Translations under genes and position numbers: made by a program
DNA from: Nitrosopumilaceae archaeon
GTDB taxonomy: Archaea; Thermoproteota; Nitrososphaeria; Nitrososphaerales; Nitrosopumilaceae
Reading direction: 5' to 3'
Assembly: GCA_965200155.1 (NCBI GenBank)
Contig: CBDATR010000013.1
Coordinates: 1-54,316, forward strand
Length of the DNA stretch: 54,316 nucleotides
The notes under the pieces: model-generated
The model's database searches: none
What the model was told of the DNA's origin: nothing
What the model saw: only the letters and a program-made list of their open reading frames with translations
Shown: positions 53,371-54,316 of the stretch, in pieces
Position numbering within the stretch: position 1 is the first letter of the stretch
Layout of the letters: each line of letters begins with the position of its first letter

Positions 53371-53579
53371 GATTATTTGTTTGATTCTGCATATTCTCTA
53401 TTGTACTATTAAGTGAGATTAAAGTTACTAACTTTTATCCTGCTATATAATACCATATATAGCTGCGTATAATACCAAATTAAAATACCCAAGCTAACCG
53501 CCACCGGAAGGCGCACTAAACCGTAGGTTAGTATGATATTTTGAAGGAATTAGTTACCCCAAGATTTATGATCGCTATA

Positions 53580-53741
53580 GATGGGGGGACTTACTGTTAT
53601 TCTACTATTTCCCCAATTGTGACCGGATCTGTGGGATCCGTAATATCCATTATCTGGATGCTGTCATCATAATATGCAGTCACCAGCGCATACGTCCTAC
53701 CATCTATGTCAATTACCTCGATAATTCTTGGCCCACTTATC
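53580..53741 (-). pseudogene. LVIVD-like repeat fragment
   Basis: IDIDGRTYALVTAYYDDSIQIMDITDP unit. Confidence 0.6.
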
Positions 53742-54316
53742 GTATGAGTTCACGTGTTTTGATCATTCACTAAGATATAGATTGGTATGACAATATTTTA
53801 CTTAAATACCAAATTTGCAATAAGAATCTAATGAGAAGACGCCGGTCCTATAAGGAATTGGAACTGGAAAATAAACTTCTTCAGGATACCCTTGCGTCTA
53901 CCGAGAAAGATCTTGCACATTACAAGGAACGTGTGAGAGTATTGGAAGCATATGTGTCACGCACCACAAAAGAAATACGAAATCTCACACAAGATTTCCA
54001 AATTATTATAAATTATGTAAATGAATTGGAAAAGAAATTAAAAGAAAAACAGGGGAAAATTGCGGTACTCACAACGCGACTTAAATATTATGAGAATGCT
54101 CACTCGCCACCATCCCTTCAATCCCTCCAGTACAAGAAGCGAAAACAGGGAGATAATAAGAAACAGAAAGAAGCCAGTACTAAATCAGCCAAAAAGGCTG
54201 GCGCTCAAAAGGGACACAAGGGGGTTTCCCGTTCCCACAACCCCGACAGAGTAATGCGCCACACCTTTGAGCATACTCCACAATGTGAGTGCAGCAATAT
54301 AATGACAAAAAGGTAT
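53742..54316 (+). mobile_element. IS66-family element left end and transposase 5' part (runs off the window)
   Basis: TIR plus MRRRRSYKEL ORF from 53831; ends in GTAT, probably another MITE. Confidence 0.88.

Overview
Archaeal window, most likely an ammonia-oxidising thaumarchaeote of the Nitrosopumilaceae/Cenarchaeum type (inferred from gene content); the heavy IS load suggests a host-associated lineage. Intact housekeeping blocks encode the archaeal shikimate pathway, NurA-HerA, a Dps-like ferritin, S25e, an ABC transporter, an SPFH protein, fumarase/aspartase, a tRNA methylthiotransferase, a divergent FtsZ, a PAS kinase with response regulator, AmrS, GltX, GGPPS-IDI-IPK and L31e/L39e. They are separated by nested, mostly dead IS66, IS5, IS481, IS630 and IS1595 elements and about 20 copies of a 92-bp IS66-dependent MITE. 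Three signals are not explained by ordinary annotation. (1) A recurrent 12-15 bp near-palindromic 'scar' (RKAACC-GGTTMY) replaces about 4-7 bp of target in MITEs and in conserved motifs of two unrelated transposases, with one apparent scar inside a scar. This is a candidate undescribed DNA end-tagging/repair or anti-transposon process. (2) CRISPR-like geometry (36-37 bp duplications around 35-37 bp unrelated inserts) occurs inside IS481 and IS66 copies, resembling ectopic spacer acquisition. (3) MITE/IS66 end pairs form composite transposons with 8-bp target duplications, from 367 bp up to a 25.6-kb block carrying essential genes. All comparisons were made by eye and no database searches were run.
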